Shown piece after piece: positions 40,485 to 50,826 of a DNA stretch of 64,000 bases. The translations under genes and the position numbers were made by a program. The stretch's first letter is position 1. The number at the start of each line of letters is the position of its first letter. The notes under the pieces are model-generated. The model had not been told where the DNA came from. It searched no databases and saw only the letters and a program-made list of their open reading frames with translations. The DNA comes from Acidobacteriota bacterium. GTDB taxonomy: Bacteria; Acidobacteriota; UBA890; WLXD01. Where the stretch lies: assembly GCA_963666055.2 (NCBI GenBank), contig CAXWPH010000015.1, forward strand, positions 1,344,001 through 1,408,000. Direction: 5' to 3'.

Positions 40485-41372
40485 TTAGCCCGGCTCCAAG
40501 CCAAGCGCCCACCGGATACCTCCCACCAGGTGAGCTCGAAAAACGGGGTCGCTGCTCCAAATATCGTCGCGGTGGCCAAGCGAAGTGTAGAACGATCGTC
40601 CCTCACCAAAGTCCTGATACCAGGCTTGGGGATAGTCGCCGCCCCGCTCCATATCGTCGAGCCCTTCGAGGTCGGTTCGCTCGGTGTCGATGCTGAGCAA
40701 TACATGCACACGCCCCCGTGACAACCCGAGTGGGATGCGGTTGTCGAAGAGCACGTCCACGTTCTCCTCCGGTCGGTCCGCCGTCCACGCCGCGGTGCCG
40801 TACTGGTAGAATTCGTCGACGATTGGCCAACTGTCTCCCAGCATTCTTGTTGCGGGATGGTCTGAATCCTCGACCTCGAGGACGACAACCCGGTTCTGGC
40901 CGACGGTGCGGCGGAAATAGCCGCCCAGCATCTCCCCAAACTCGGGGTAGTCGTACAGGGTCAGGGCGGCGCAGTGGACTCCGATGAAACCGCCGCCATC
41001 GCTCACGAAGTCCACCAGTGCACTTCTCTGCGAGTTCGTGAGAGGTAGGTTTCCGTTGGTCATCATCATGACCCCGTCGAACTGCGCCAGGTATTCGGCG
41101 TCGATCATCGAGAGATCCAGGCGTTCGGCGTCCTGCAAGTATCCCTTCAGCACAGTGACTTCGAAGCCCGCCTCCGGCCCCCAGGAGGTCACCGCGGTTT
41201 CAGCAGGCCCAAGGCTGCTGTGTTTGTAGTACCCGGCGTGCGTGAGGAAGAGCAGCTTCCTGGATTGTTGCTGAGCGGCCACTTGCTCGCCGAAAAGGGC
41301 AACTCCCGCCACCGCCAGGGCGCAGCAAATCCAGAGTCTTGAGACCGACCCGTGCTTTCGAATCGTGAGCAT
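40485..41372 (-). CDS. ThuA-like domain protein
   Basis: H.S, GGGFIGVH, DEFY and GRSFYTSLGH motifs; signal peptide. Confidence 0.85.
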   Translation of the reverse strand: MLTIRKHGSVSRLWICCALAVAGVALFGEQVAAQQQSRKLLFLTHAGYYKHSSLGPAETAVTSWGPEAGFEVTVLKGYLQDAERLDLSMIDAEYLAQFDGVMMMTNGNLPLTNSQRSALVDFVSDGGGFIGVHCAALTLYDYPEFGEMLGGYFRRTVGQNRVVVLEVEDSDHPATRMLGDSWPIVDEFYQYGTAAWTADRPEENVDVLFDNRIPLGLSRGRVHVLLSIDTERTDLEGLDDMERGGDYPQAWYQDFGEGRSFYTSLGHRDDIWSSDPVFRAHLVGGIRWALGLEPG

Positions 41373-41483
41373 TGTCGAGGTATCACCAGAAGCTGGAGAT
41401 CGGCAATTGTCAAAAAGGGCCGGCAGGATTGTAGTCGGCAGACGCGGGTGGCTTACAGGGGCAGGGAAAATGCTGGCGGGGCT

Positions 41484-41680
41484 GATGGGACTTGAAACGG
41501 TTGCTTGCCGCGCTTGGCCAGCATCGAGTGCGGTACCTGATCATTGGTGGCCTCGCGTTCATCTATCACGCCAAGCCCCGCTATACGAGAGATCTCGACC
41601 TGTGGATCGACCCCGATCCGGAGAACGTCGAGCGAGCGAACGCCGCGCTCGCGGAATTCGGCAGTCCTCACCTCCTGTCC
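41484..41680 (+). pseudogene. Nucleotidyltransferase-fold protein N-terminal fragment
   Basis: VRYLIIGGLA..YH..PRYTRDLDLWI. Confidence 0.65.
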
Positions 41681-41699
41681 GGGCAAGCTCCAATCGAGG

Positions 41700-41935
41700 T
41701 CACGTCGAGGCGGCGATGTCGAGCTGACCTGGGGTGACAGCTCCAACAACGAGTCCTACTTCGAAATGCGATGCAAGCCGAAAGGTGGTAAATGGAGCAC
41801 CGTCGCGCGCCCCTATCCGAACGTCGAGCGCGTGACCCTCGACGAGTTCACCGCGGGTACGCGATACAAATGTCGCGTTCGGGCTCGAAACGTGGTCGGG
41901 AATTCAGGGTGGCGCAAGACGAACTTCACGGCCCG
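41700..41935 (+). pseudogene. Isolated fibronectin type III domain fragment
   Basis: VELTWGDSSNNE...GTRYKCRVRARN..GNSGW. Confidence 0.65.
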
Positions 41936-42319
41936 ACTCGGTGCTTCCCGCGGGTCGGCGAGTCGGAGCTGAGCAGATCGGCCAGCATCACCTCACGGAT
42001 TTCGCGGGCTCGATCACGTTCTTCAGCGCTTGCGGGGTCGCGCTCGGTGCGAAGTGATCGCCGGGACTCCACCGATGCAAAGCAGCGGTGCTCCGGAAAC
42101 TATGGTCACGAACTGTTCAAGGAGCATTTCTGGGCCGGCTTTGAAGCTCCAGTTGAACGAGTTGTCAGCACCCGTGTGCGGGCCGAGCTCACCCAGATCG
42201 GGGGTTGGCGGTCGGTCGAACGCGCCGGCTGGCGCATCGACTACCGGACGAACACGTACGCCCAGGTCGTAAACGAGTCGCCCGCCTTTGTCCGCCGCCT
42301 GGATCAGCAACGTCAGCCC

Positions 42320-42458
42320 TACGAAGTGCCGGGCGACGCTGGATGACAACCGCTGAGATATCGATGGTCATGCCGAGCACAAGCAGCGTGATCGGAAAAT
42401 GGACCAGCAACGGATGAACATTTGGCAAGTAGTCAGGCAGCATCGCGAACCCGCTCAC
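42320..42458 (-). pseudogene. DUF2231-like membrane protein N-terminal fragment
   Basis: PNVHPLLVHFPI motif followed by loss of similarity. Confidence 0.6.
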
Positions 42459-42539
42459 TCCGATAAGCCGGTCTCGTTGATCGCTTCCACCTCGCGCACC
42501 GTACCGTTGACCACGCTCTCGTGAACGGGCCGATCGCGC

Positions 42540-44267
42540 TCAATAACCGGCCGCGATGCCGTCCTTGCGCGATTCAGTCGCGCCGTAGAAGACGCCGGTG
42601 GTGGGGTCACGGCGAATGCCTTGATAGCCACCGTACCCACCGGCGCGCACATCAACCGCATGTCCCATGGCCTCCAATTCGGCGATCGTCTGTTCGGAAA
42701 AACCGAACTCCAGATTCACCGAACCGCCGTCCGTCATTAACTGCCCGGTCGGCTGCGAAGAGCCCGAATGGCGCAAGCGCGGCGCGTCTCCCGCCTCCTG
42801 CACGTTCATGCCGAAGTCGATCATGTTTACCAGGATCTGCACGTGCCCTTGCGGCTGCATGGCGCCACCCATGACGCCAAAGCTGAAGAAGGGTTCGCCG
42901 TCCTTGGTAACCATGGCCGGAATGATGGTGTGGAAGGGTCGCTTGCCGGGCTCGTAGGTGTTGAGGTGGCCTTCCTCGAGGTTGAAGAGGGCCCCTCTGT
43001 TCTGCAGCTGAAAACCCAGGCCCAAGGGGGTCATTCCGGACCCGAGTCCCGAATAGTTGCTCTGGATCAACGACACCATGTTGCCGTCACCGTCGGCGAC
43101 CGTCAGGTAGATGGTGTCGCCGTCCTCGAGAATCGGGTCGCCAGCCTCGTACGAGGTGGCGCCATTGCTCAGGTCGATGAGCTTGCGCCTCTGCGCCCCG
43201 TACTCCTTTGAGATCAGCCAGTCGACGGGGATGTCGTTGAAGGCCGGATCGGCGTAGAACTTGGCGCGGTCTTCGTAGGCGAGCTTCTTGGCCTCGATCA
43301 GCAGGTGCAGATAGTCGGGGCTACCGAACCCCATCGATGCGATGTCGAAGCCCTCGAGTATGTTGAGCATCTGCAGCGTCGCGATCCCCTGGCCGTTGGG
43401 CGGCAGCTCCCACACCGTGTAGCCCCGATAGGAGGTCGACGTCGGCTCCACCCAGTTGCCCTCGTGCGCCGCCAGGTCGGCATAGGAAAGGAATCCGCCC
43501 ATCTCTTCCATGTACCGGTCGATGGTGCGAGCGATGTCGCCCTTGTAGAAAGCGTCGCGCCCTTCGCGGCCGATGGTCTCGAGCGTGTCGCCCAGGGAGG
43601 GGTTCTTGAAGATCTCCCCGGCATCCGGCGTCTTGCCGTTTGGCATGTAGATTTCCTTGAAGCCGGGATACTGCTCCCGCTGACGAGCGCCACCCCGCCA
43701 GCCGTTGGCGATTACCTCGGTAACGGCGAATCCGTGGCGCGCATAGTCGACCGCCGGTTGCAGCAGTTCGTTGATCGGCATCCGGCCGAAGCGCTCGTGG
43801 ATCTGAAACCAGCCGTCGACGGCGCCCGGGACCGATACGGCCAGGGGCCCGAGGTTCGGGATACGGTCGAGCTGCTGGCGTCGAAACTCCTCCAGTTTCA
43901 GCGACTTGGGTGATCGACCGCTGCCGTTGAAGCCGGCGATGCGCTTGTTCTCGTTGTCCCAGATGATGACGAACAGATCGCCGCCGATGCCGTTGCCGGT
44001 GGGCTCCACGAGACCGAGCACGGCGTTCGCCGCAATCGCTGCGTCGACGGCGTGGCCGCCGCGCTTGAGAATGTCGAGCGCGGTCATGGTGGCGAGGGGT
44101 TGGCTGGTAGCCGCCATCCCCCGCATTCCCATCGCCACGGAGCGCGTAGCGAAGTCTTTGCCAATACCGCGGTTCTGGGCGTAGTTGTCCTGCGCTGAGA
44201 GAAGACTCCCTGCAACAACCGCGAAGAGCGTCGTGGCGATCATGGATTTCCTAGCGGATTGGGTCAT
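42540..44267 (-). CDS. ggt: Gamma-glutamyltransferase
   Basis: GGHAVDAAIA, GIGGD, VPGAVDGW, Thr nucleophile in DTIYLTVAD, PGKRPFHTIIP and GVMGG.MQPQGH. Confidence 0.93.
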   Translation of the reverse strand: MTQSARKSMIATTLFAVVAGSLLSAQDNYAQNRGIGKDFATRSVAMGMRGMAATSQPLATMTALDILKRGGHAVDAAIAANAVLGLVEPTGNGIGGDLFVIIWDNENKRIAGFNGSGRSPKSLKLEEFRRQQLDRIPNLGPLAVSVPGAVDGWFQIHERFGRMPINELLQPAVDYARHGFAVTEVIANGWRGGARQREQYPGFKEIYMPNGKTPDAGEIFKNPSLGDTLETIGREGRDAFYKGDIARTIDRYMEEMGGFLSYADLAAHEGNWVEPTSTSYRGYTVWELPPNGQGIATLQMLNILEGFDIASMGFGSPDYLHLLIEAKKLAYEDRAKFYADPAFNDIPVDWLISKEYGAQRRKLIDLSNGATSYEAGDPILEDGDTIYLTVADGDGNMVSLIQSNYSGLGSGMTPLGLGFQLQNRGALFNLEEGHLNTYEPGKRPFHTIIPAMVTKDGEPFFSFGVMGGAMQPQGHVQILVNMIDFGMNVQEAGDAPRLRHSGSSQPTGQLMTDGGSVNLEFGFSEQTIAELEAMGHAVDVRAGGYGGYQGIRRDPTTGVFYGATESRKDGIAAGY

Positions 44268-44345
44268 GCTGCCTCATTCAGGTGCGGGGACGGATCGAGA
44301 ACTACGAAACGGTAAGGGTATCAATCGAGTGTACGATTCGGGATC

Positions 44346-45011
44346 GTGAGAGCCGTATCCGGTCCGATCGTCGCGCTCCTTGTACTTGCCGTCGCCAGCA
44401 CGCTGTCGTGCCGCGGGGCCAGCACGGGAACCGGTCCGCCTATCGTGCAGCCCGGCGCGCCCGGCGAGCCGAGTCGCGTGATCAGCGCCGACACTGCAGT
44501 CGATCTGTCGAGGGTCCAGCACACGGCTGCCGACGTGCGGTTCATGCAGGGAATGATTGGCCATCACGCCCAGGCCCTAGAGATGACCGCGCTGGTGCCG
44601 ACGCGGAACAAGCGAGAAGACATGCGGATGTTGGCCCTGCGGATCGAGCTATCTCAGCAAGACGAGATCAAGATGATGGAGCGCTGGCTGGAGGTCCGCG
44701 GCGAGGAGGTCCCGAACGTGCAACACCACCACGAGCCCGGCGCCACGCTGATGCCCGGCATGCTCACGGCTGAGGAAATGAGCCGCCTCAGGGACGCGAC
44801 CAGGACGACGTTCGACCGGCTTTTTCTCGAGTTCATGGTCCAGCATCATGAGGGTGCCTTGATCATGGTCGATGAACTTCTTTCAACCGCCGGTGCCGGC
44901 CAGGAGTCGAACATCTCCGCGTTCGCCGCCGATGTCGTGGCCGACCAGCGCGCCGAAATGGATCGTATGGGCGCCATGCTCAACGCCATGCTCGAGGAGC
45001 AACAACGATGA
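44346..45011 (+). CDS. DUF305 ferritin-like lipoprotein
   Basis: ADVRFMQGMIGHHAQA, MPGML and HHEGA. Confidence 0.88.
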   Translation: MRAVSGPIVALLVLAVASTLSCRGASTGTGPPIVQPGAPGEPSRVISADTAVDLSRVQHTAADVRFMQGMIGHHAQALEMTALVPTRNKREDMRMLALRIELSQQDEIKMMERWLEVRGEEVPNVQHHHEPGATLMPGMLTAEEMSRLRDATRTTFDRLFLEFMVQHHEGALIMVDELLSTAGAGQESNISAFAADVVADQRAEMDRMGAMLNAMLEEQQR

Positions 45012-46960
45012 AGATCATTCCCACAACAGTCCTGTGTCTGTCTGTCGCGATGCCTCTCCTCGGGGCGCCGAGCTTCCAACAGCGACCTGTCGCCGCGGTC
45101 CAGGCCGATCCGCGCGTCGGCCTGGCGCCCGGTTTCCGCGATGCCGGGGTGGCGGCGCGCAACATGGAGCTGGTCATCAACCTGCCGAAGCCGGAAGGCT
45201 TCTACGACCCCGAAGCTCCGGCCGGCCGGCCCAGGCCGCCGCGAGACTCGCCCGCGACACCGGCCGCCGAGCCTGGAGAACAGGCGCAGGCGGCGGCCGC
45301 GCCAGGTGAACCGGCAGCCGCGGCGTCGCCGCGGCCGGGAAGCGGATTGAGCTTTACGAACTCCGACCTCGCTTTCAGTGGCGAGCACCTGTTCATGGGC
45401 AACTACCACGGCTTCAACATTTACAGCATCGAGGACGCCGGCCGGGCCGAGCTCCTCGCTTCCGTGGTGTGTCCTGGCGGCCAGGGGGATTTGTCGGTCC
45501 ACGGCAACCTGCTCTTCATGTCGGTGCAAGATACGCGGGCTCGGCTCGATTGCGGCACCCAGGGCGTCGAGGAGCCAGTCAGCGCCGAGCGCTTCCGGGG
45601 CGTTCGGATCTTCGACATCAGCGATCTGAGGAATCCGCTTCAGGTAGCCGCGGTGCAAACCTGCCGAGGGTCGCACACCCACACGCTGGTGGTGGATCCC
45701 GACGACAACGACAACGTGTACGTGTATGGGTCGGGCACCGGCGCGATCCGGTCGGGCGATGAGCTAGCGGGTTGCTCGGGCGGCGACTCCGAAGACGATC
45801 CCGACAGCGACTCCGAAGACGATCCCGAGGGCGCTCCCGATCCCGACACAGCACTCTTTAGCATCGACGTCATCCAGGTACCTCTCGATGCGCCCGAGGA
45901 GGCGCGCATCGTCAACCGGCCGCGCATCTTTGCCGACCCGGAGACTGGTGCCATCTCGGGGCTCTGGCAGGGCGGCGACCACGGCCGCGGTACGCAGAGC
46001 TCTCGGGAGACCAGGCAGTGCCACGACATCACCGCCTACCCGGAGTTGGGCCTGGCCGCGGGAGCATGTTCGGGCAACGGCATCCTGCTCGACATCTCTG
46101 ACCCGGTGGAACCCGTTCGGCTCGACTATGTGGTCGACGAGAGCTTCGCGTTCTGGCATTCGGCCACGTTCAGCAACGACGGCACCAAGATTATCTTCAC
46201 CGACGAATGGGGCGGAGGGTCTCGCCCGCGCTGCCGGGCGACCGACCCGCCGACCTGGGGGGCGAACGCTATCTTCGACATCGTCGGTGGCAAGATGAGG
46301 TTCAGGGGGTACTACAAGCTACCGGCGCCGCAGACGGAGCAGGAGAATTGCGTCGCCCACAACGGCTCGCTCATCCCGGTGCCAGGCCGCGACATCATGG
46401 TCCAGGGCTGGTACCAGGGCGGTATCTCGGTGTTCGATTTCACCGACTCGGCGAACCCCGTCGAGATCGCGTTCTTCGACCGCGGTCCGGTCGACGCGGC
46501 GGATCTCATCTCGGGCGGTTACTGGTCAGCCTACTGGTACAACGGGTACATCTACGGTGCCGAGATCGCCCGCGGGCTCGACGTGTTCCGGCTCACACCG
46601 AGTGAGCACCTGTCGCAAAACGAGATCGACGCCGCCAGCCTGGCTTTGGCCGAAGAGACCAACGTGCAGCACCAGCAGCGGATCATCTGGCCGCCGAGCT
46701 CGGTGTTGGCGCGCGCCTACCTCGACCAGCTCAACCGAAGCAACGGCATCGAGGCACAACGCGTCGGAGCCGTCAACGAAGCGCTCGGCCGCGCCGACCA
46801 GCTTCGCTCCGCCGCCGGCGACGACGCGGCGGTCGTCGCAGAGCTCGAAGCGCTGGCGGTCGAATTGGAGGGCGACGCCGAAGAGGCCATCTACCACGAT
46901 GTCAGGCACCTGCAGTCGCTGGCTGACACCCTGAGGGGCATTGCGACGATGCTGCGTTGA
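45008..46960 (+). CDS. LVIVD-repeat protein (usual DUF305 partner)
   Basis: NSDLAF, CPGGQGD, GSHTHT, CHDIT, WHSATF and ENCVAHNG. Confidence 0.82.
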   Translation: MKIIPTTVLCLSVAMPLLGAPSFQQRPVAAVQADPRVGLAPGFRDAGVAARNMELVINLPKPEGFYDPEAPAGRPRPPRDSPATPAAEPGEQAQAAAAPGEPAAAASPRPGSGLSFTNSDLAFSGEHLFMGNYHGFNIYSIEDAGRAELLASVVCPGGQGDLSVHGNLLFMSVQDTRARLDCGTQGVEEPVSAERFRGVRIFDISDLRNPLQVAAVQTCRGSHTHTLVVDPDDNDNVYVYGSGTGAIRSGDELAGCSGGDSEDDPDSDSEDDPEGAPDPDTALFSIDVIQVPLDAPEEARIVNRPRIFADPETGAISGLWQGGDHGRGTQSSRETRQCHDITAYPELGLAAGACSGNGILLDISDPVEPVRLDYVVDESFAFWHSATFSNDGTKIIFTDEWGGGSRPRCRATDPPTWGANAIFDIVGGKMRFRGYYKLPAPQTEQENCVAHNGSLIPVPGRDIMVQGWYQGGISVFDFTDSANPVEIAFFDRGPVDAADLISGGYWSAYWYNGYIYGAEIARGLDVFRLTPSEHLSQNEIDAASLALAEETNVQHQQRIIWPPSSVLARAYLDQLNRSNGIEAQRVGAVNEALGRADQLRSAAGDDAAVVAELEALAVELEGDAEEAIYHDVRHLQSLADTLRGIATMLR

Positions 46961-47018
46961 AGCTACGAAAATGCTGCGCGCCTGAGAGCCGGCATCAAGT
47001 CCGACAACAAGGAAAACA

Positions 47019-47813
47019 ATGAACCTCGACAAGAAGACCGCCATCGTAACGGGCGCCGCTCGTGGCATCGGCGCGGCCTGCGCGATGGCGTTCGCAGAGC
47101 ATGGCGCGGCCGTCGTGCTCGCTGACGTTGCTGAAGAGGCGTGCCGTGTCACCGCCGAAGAGATCGCCTCGACCGCTGACGCGCAAACCCTGGCGGTCAC
47201 GGCTGACATCAGCGAGCCGCAGCAGTGTCAGCGTCTGTTCGACGCCTGCATCGACCGCTTCGGCCAATGCGACATATTGCTCAACAACGCCGGCATCATC
47301 ATCGCCGGCTCGATCCTCGACGCCTCGATCGAGGATTTCGACCGGGTTCTGGCCGTCAACCTGCGCGGCGCGTTCCTGCTCAGCAGGTTGGTGGCGCGGC
47401 ACATGGTCGATCAGGGTATCGAGGGCGCAATCATCAACATGTCGTCGACCAGCGCGGTGGTAACGATCCCCGATCAGCTCCCCTACGCAGTGTCAAAAGG
47501 CGGCATCTCACAGCTGACGCGTGTCATGGCAATGGGGCTCGCGTCGCATCGGATCCGCGTCAACGCCATCGGCCCGGGCTCCATCGCCACGGACATGCTG
47601 AAGGAAGTGATGACCAACGACGAGGCGCGCCGGGCGATCCTGTCGCGCACGCCGCTGGGTCGCTTCGGCGAGCCCGACGAGGTCGCCAAGGTGGCGGTGT
47701 TCCTGGCCAGCGACTACGCCTCTTACGTCACCGGGCAAACGGTGTATCCCGACGGCGGTCGCCTGCCGCTCAACTACACGGTGCCAGTGAAAGAGGAGAG
47801 CTCCGACCCGTGA
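47019..47813 (+). CDS. Short-chain dehydrogenase/reductase
   Basis: TGAARGIG, NNAG, YAVSK and VNAIGPG. Confidence 0.93.
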   Translation: MNLDKKTAIVTGAARGIGAACAMAFAEHGAAVVLADVAEEACRVTAEEIASTADAQTLAVTADISEPQQCQRLFDACIDRFGQCDILLNNAGIIIAGSILDASIEDFDRVLAVNLRGAFLLSRLVARHMVDQGIEGAIINMSSTSAVVTIPDQLPYAVSKGGISQLTRVMAMGLASHRIRVNAIGPGSIATDMLKEVMTNDEARRAILSRTPLGRFGEPDEVAKVAVFLASDYASYVTGQTVYPDGGRLPLNYTVPVKEESSDP

Positions 47814-47924
47814 AGAGCGGAACGCACCTCGGCCACTACGAGATCCTCGGGCCGCTCGGTGCGGGCAGTATGGGCGAGCGTGTAACGGGCGCGCGATACG
47901 AATCTTGATCGCGACGTTGCCATC
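47810..47924 (+). pseudogene. Ser/Thr kinase N-terminal fragment with frameshift and stop
   Basis: VKSGTHLGHYEILGPLGAGSMGE / V*RARDTNLDRDVAI. Confidence 0.85.
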
Positions 47925-48031
47925 GCTCCCAGAATCCAGGCCGCATAAGGTGCAGCCACACTGGTGCCGATCTCAACCACACGGATGCCGGATAGAGGCT
48001 GATGGGCGGGCTTTGGGTCAAGTGGGCCCAC
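47919..48031 (-). pseudogene. CaiB/BaiF CoA-transferase N-terminal fragment
   Basis: PLSGIRVVEIGTSVAAPYAAWILG. Confidence 0.75.
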
Positions 48032-48167
48032 CTACTCCGCATCCGCCCCGCCACATTCCCGCCGATCTACGCTCCAACCAGATACAGTGGGATCGGTATC
48101 TTTTGATAGTGCTCTATCGATGTAGTCTATGCCAAAGATCACTCAGTTACTGGAAGGAGATACAAAC

Positions 48168-49049
48168 ATGAGGGGATTGTTCTTAGTGGCGATGTTGGGT
48201 ATCACAGTAACGGCGCTCGGCGTTAACGTCCAGACACCCCAAGCCCCTCCGGGCATGGTCCTGATTCCCGGCGGCTCGTTCATGATGGGTAACGCCGACG
48301 GCCAGGACATGGAGAAACCGGTTCATGAAGTGGAACTGGATGCGTTCTATATGGATACTCATGAGGTCACTTTAGAACAGTTTGGCAACTTCGTGGATAC
48401 GACAAGCTATGTCACTGATGCCGAGACCAATGATGGGTCCACTATTTGGAACGGAGAAGCCTGGGAGAAGACAGAAGGTATTAGCTGGAGGTTCGACGCC
48501 GCGGGCAATGTGCACAAAGCAGAAGACAAGAATCAACCCGTGACGCACCTGAGTTGGAATGACGCCAATACGTACGCCCAGTGGGCTGGAAAACGTTTGC
48601 CCACTGAGGCTGAATGGGAATACGCCGCCCGAGGCGGGGAAGAAGGGTATGAGTTCGCCTGGGGTAACGAGCCCCTGGGAAAGGAAGTGGTAGCCAATGT
48701 CTCTGATGAAACCTTTGTGAAAGCCGTAGCAATCTGGCCTTATACGAAAGGGTATGATGATGGATACACGTTCGGCGCTCCGGTGGGTTCATTCGCGCCC
48801 AACTCGTTCGGACTGTACGATATGTCCGGCAACGCCTGGGAATGGTGTGCCGACTACTTTGATGCAGAATACTACGGCCGGAGCTCGAAAAGGAATCCTA
48901 GAAACGATGACCCTAATGAACGAAGGGTGATGCGTGGCAACTCCTGGGACGGAAGACCAGGAATGATGCGTGCCTCAAGGCGCACCAGCGACCTCCAATC
49001 GAACAGTTATGCAGATACTGGTTTCCGACACGCGAAGGATATCGAGTAG
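48168..49049 (+). CDS. Formylglycine-generating enzyme (FGE-sulfatase) domain protein
   Basis: PGGSFMMG, KRLPTEAEWEYAARGG, NSFGLYDMSGNAWEWC and GFR; AAGGAG RBS. Confidence 0.9.
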   Translation: MRGLFLVAMLGITVTALGVNVQTPQAPPGMVLIPGGSFMMGNADGQDMEKPVHEVELDAFYMDTHEVTLEQFGNFVDTTSYVTDAETNDGSTIWNGEAWEKTEGISWRFDAAGNVHKAEDKNQPVTHLSWNDANTYAQWAGKRLPTEAEWEYAARGGEEGYEFAWGNEPLGKEVVANVSDETFVKAVAIWPYTKGYDDGYTFGAPVGSFAPNSFGLYDMSGNAWEWCADYFDAEYYGRSSKRNPRNDDPNERRVMRGNSWDGRPGMMRASRRTSDLQSNSYADTGFRHAKDIE

Positions 49050-49176
49050 GACATAACGTCCCGAGCCTTCCAGTGTAGCCGGATCTCCTCGATCACTCCG
49101 TTGTCGTGTGGCCGAATTACTGAGATAGGGCATGGTAGTCTCCGCCGAGTCAGGTCAGATCGGCCCACTGAATTGG

Positions 49177-49496
49177 GAGGCACCTACGTGGCCCAGGAGC
49201 CTACCTGGGTGGCGACGCTTCCGGTCGGGCATACGGACGGCTATCCACGCAAGGCCGTGGAGGGGGGTCGCGTCTTGATTGGTTCGAGGACCTACCCGGT
49301 GGTCGGAGCGGTGTCGGCGAGTCACACCATCGTGGAGGTGGGCTCGGACCCGACGGTAGCGGTTGGCGACGTGGCCACCCTACTGGGTCCCGATGCCTCG
49401 CAGATCGACCCGAATTGGCTGTCCGCCGAGGCCGGCGTTTCAATCTACGACATCTTCATGCACCTGAATCCGCAATTGCCGCGGGTGGTTGTTTAG
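49177..49496 (+). pseudogene. Alanine racemase C-terminal domain fragment
   Basis: TWVATLPVGHTDGYPR, YPVVGAVS and VGDVATLLG; PLP barrel domain absent. Confidence 0.75.
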
Positions 49497-49539
49497 CAGG
49501 GTGGATCTCTTCGTGAATGGAACCGTCAGCGGCGAGACG

Positions 49540-50826
49540 TTAGCGAGAAAGCTCGGCTACCTCTGTCACAAAGCGCTCCACCTCATCCTCGCTGTTGTAG
49601 TAGTGCACCGAGGCGCGCACCATGGACTGTAAATTGCGGGCTTCCATGTCGATCCGGCTCGAGGAGCGCTCGGTGACGCTGACGTTCACGCCTCGCGCGC
49701 TCAACGCATTCTTCAGGTCGGATGGCTCCCGGCCGACTACAGTGAAGGTGACGATGCCGCACTTTTCACGCCCGATGTCACGAACCTGGACGCCGGGTGT
49801 CTCCGACAGGGCGCCGCGTAGCGTCGTAGCCAAATGAACCACGCGCTTCCGAATGGGCTCGATGCCCCATTCCAGCGCATAGTCGACGGCGGTGCCGAGC
49901 GCGATGTGCCCGGCCACGTAGGACTCCCAGTTCTCGAAGCGCCGCGCGGTGGGATGGATTTCGTACTCGTTTGGCGCCGTCCAGGAAGCGGCCCGCATGT
50001 CGAGGAAGGGCGGGTCCAACTGTTCGATCATCTCCTTCCGGACATAGAGAAAACCGGTGCCGCGCGGCCCTCGCAGGTACTTTCGCCCGGTGACCGAGAG
50101 CATGTCGCAGCCGAGCGCGTCGACATTGAGCGGCCACTGTCCGGCAGACTGACACGCGTCGAGCAGGAAGGGGACGCCGGCCTCTCGCGTGAGCTTGCCG
50201 ACCTCTTCCGCCGGGTTCACCAGACCGCCGTTCGTGGGCACGTGTGTGATGCCCACCATTGCGACCCTCCCACGCCGGAGCTCGGTGCGGAGCGCGTCTA
50301 GCGAGATCTGGCCGTCGTCGTCGCTGCGCACGACCTCGACCACCGCCCCCGTCTCTCTGGCAACGTGCAAGTACGCCAGGTAGTTGCTGACGTACACCGC
50401 TTCACCGGTGAGGATGCGATCGCCCGACTTGAAGGGCATCGCGTAGAAGGCCATGTCCCAGGCACGCGTGGCGTTCTCGACCAGGGCGATCTCCTCCGTT
50501 TCACAACCTAGGAGCGTTGCGATCGCCTCATAGGTTCGCTGACGCTGCTGCGAGGCCGCATCCGCCGCCTCATACCCGCCCATCTCCGCCTCGGCGCGCA
50601 AGTGCCCGTACAGAGCGTCAAGCACCGGCGTCGGGGTGAGTGAGGAGCCGGCGTTGTTGAAATGCAGTACGCGCTCGGCCCCCGGCGTCTCTCGGCGAGC
50701 CCGAATCACGTCGATCTCTGATCGGACGCGGGGCCATCCTCCCGCCGGGGGGGCCGCGCCGGCGGCGCCTTCCGACAAGGAGGCGGCGCGGAAGCGCGCG
50801 GACGCGACCTTCCGGAGTGGAGTCAA
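49540..50826 (-). CDS. Class V PLP aminotransferase/C-S lyase-like protein
   Basis: HFNNAGS, DACQSAGQ, TGRKYLRGPRG and RASVHYYN. Confidence 0.88.
   Translation of the reverse strand: MTPLRKVASARFRAASLSEGAAGAAPPAGGWPRVRSEIDVIRARRETPGAERVLHFNNAGSSLTPTPVLDALYGHLRAEAEMGGYEAADAASQQRQRTYEAIATLLGCETEEIALVENATRAWDMAFYAMPFKSGDRILTGEAVYVSNYLAYLHVARETGAVVEVVRSDDDGQISLDALRTELRRGRVAMVGITHVPTNGGLVNPAEEVGKLTREAGVPFLLDACQSAGQWPLNVDALGCDMLSVTGRKYLRGPRGTGFLYVRKEMIEQLDPPFLDMRAASWTAPNEYEIHPTARRFENWESYVAGHIALGTAVDYALEWGIEPIRKRVVHLATTLRGALSETPGVQVRDIGREKCGIVTFTVVGREPSDLKNALSARGVNVSVTERSSSRIDMEARNLQSMVRASVHYYNSEDEVERFVTEVAELSR

Noticed and set aside
42540-50826. Ergothioneine pathway from ggt, the FGE-domain gene and the class V PLP enzyme
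   Set aside because: No EgtD and no DinB domain on the FGE protein; the genes are on different strands and separated by fragments
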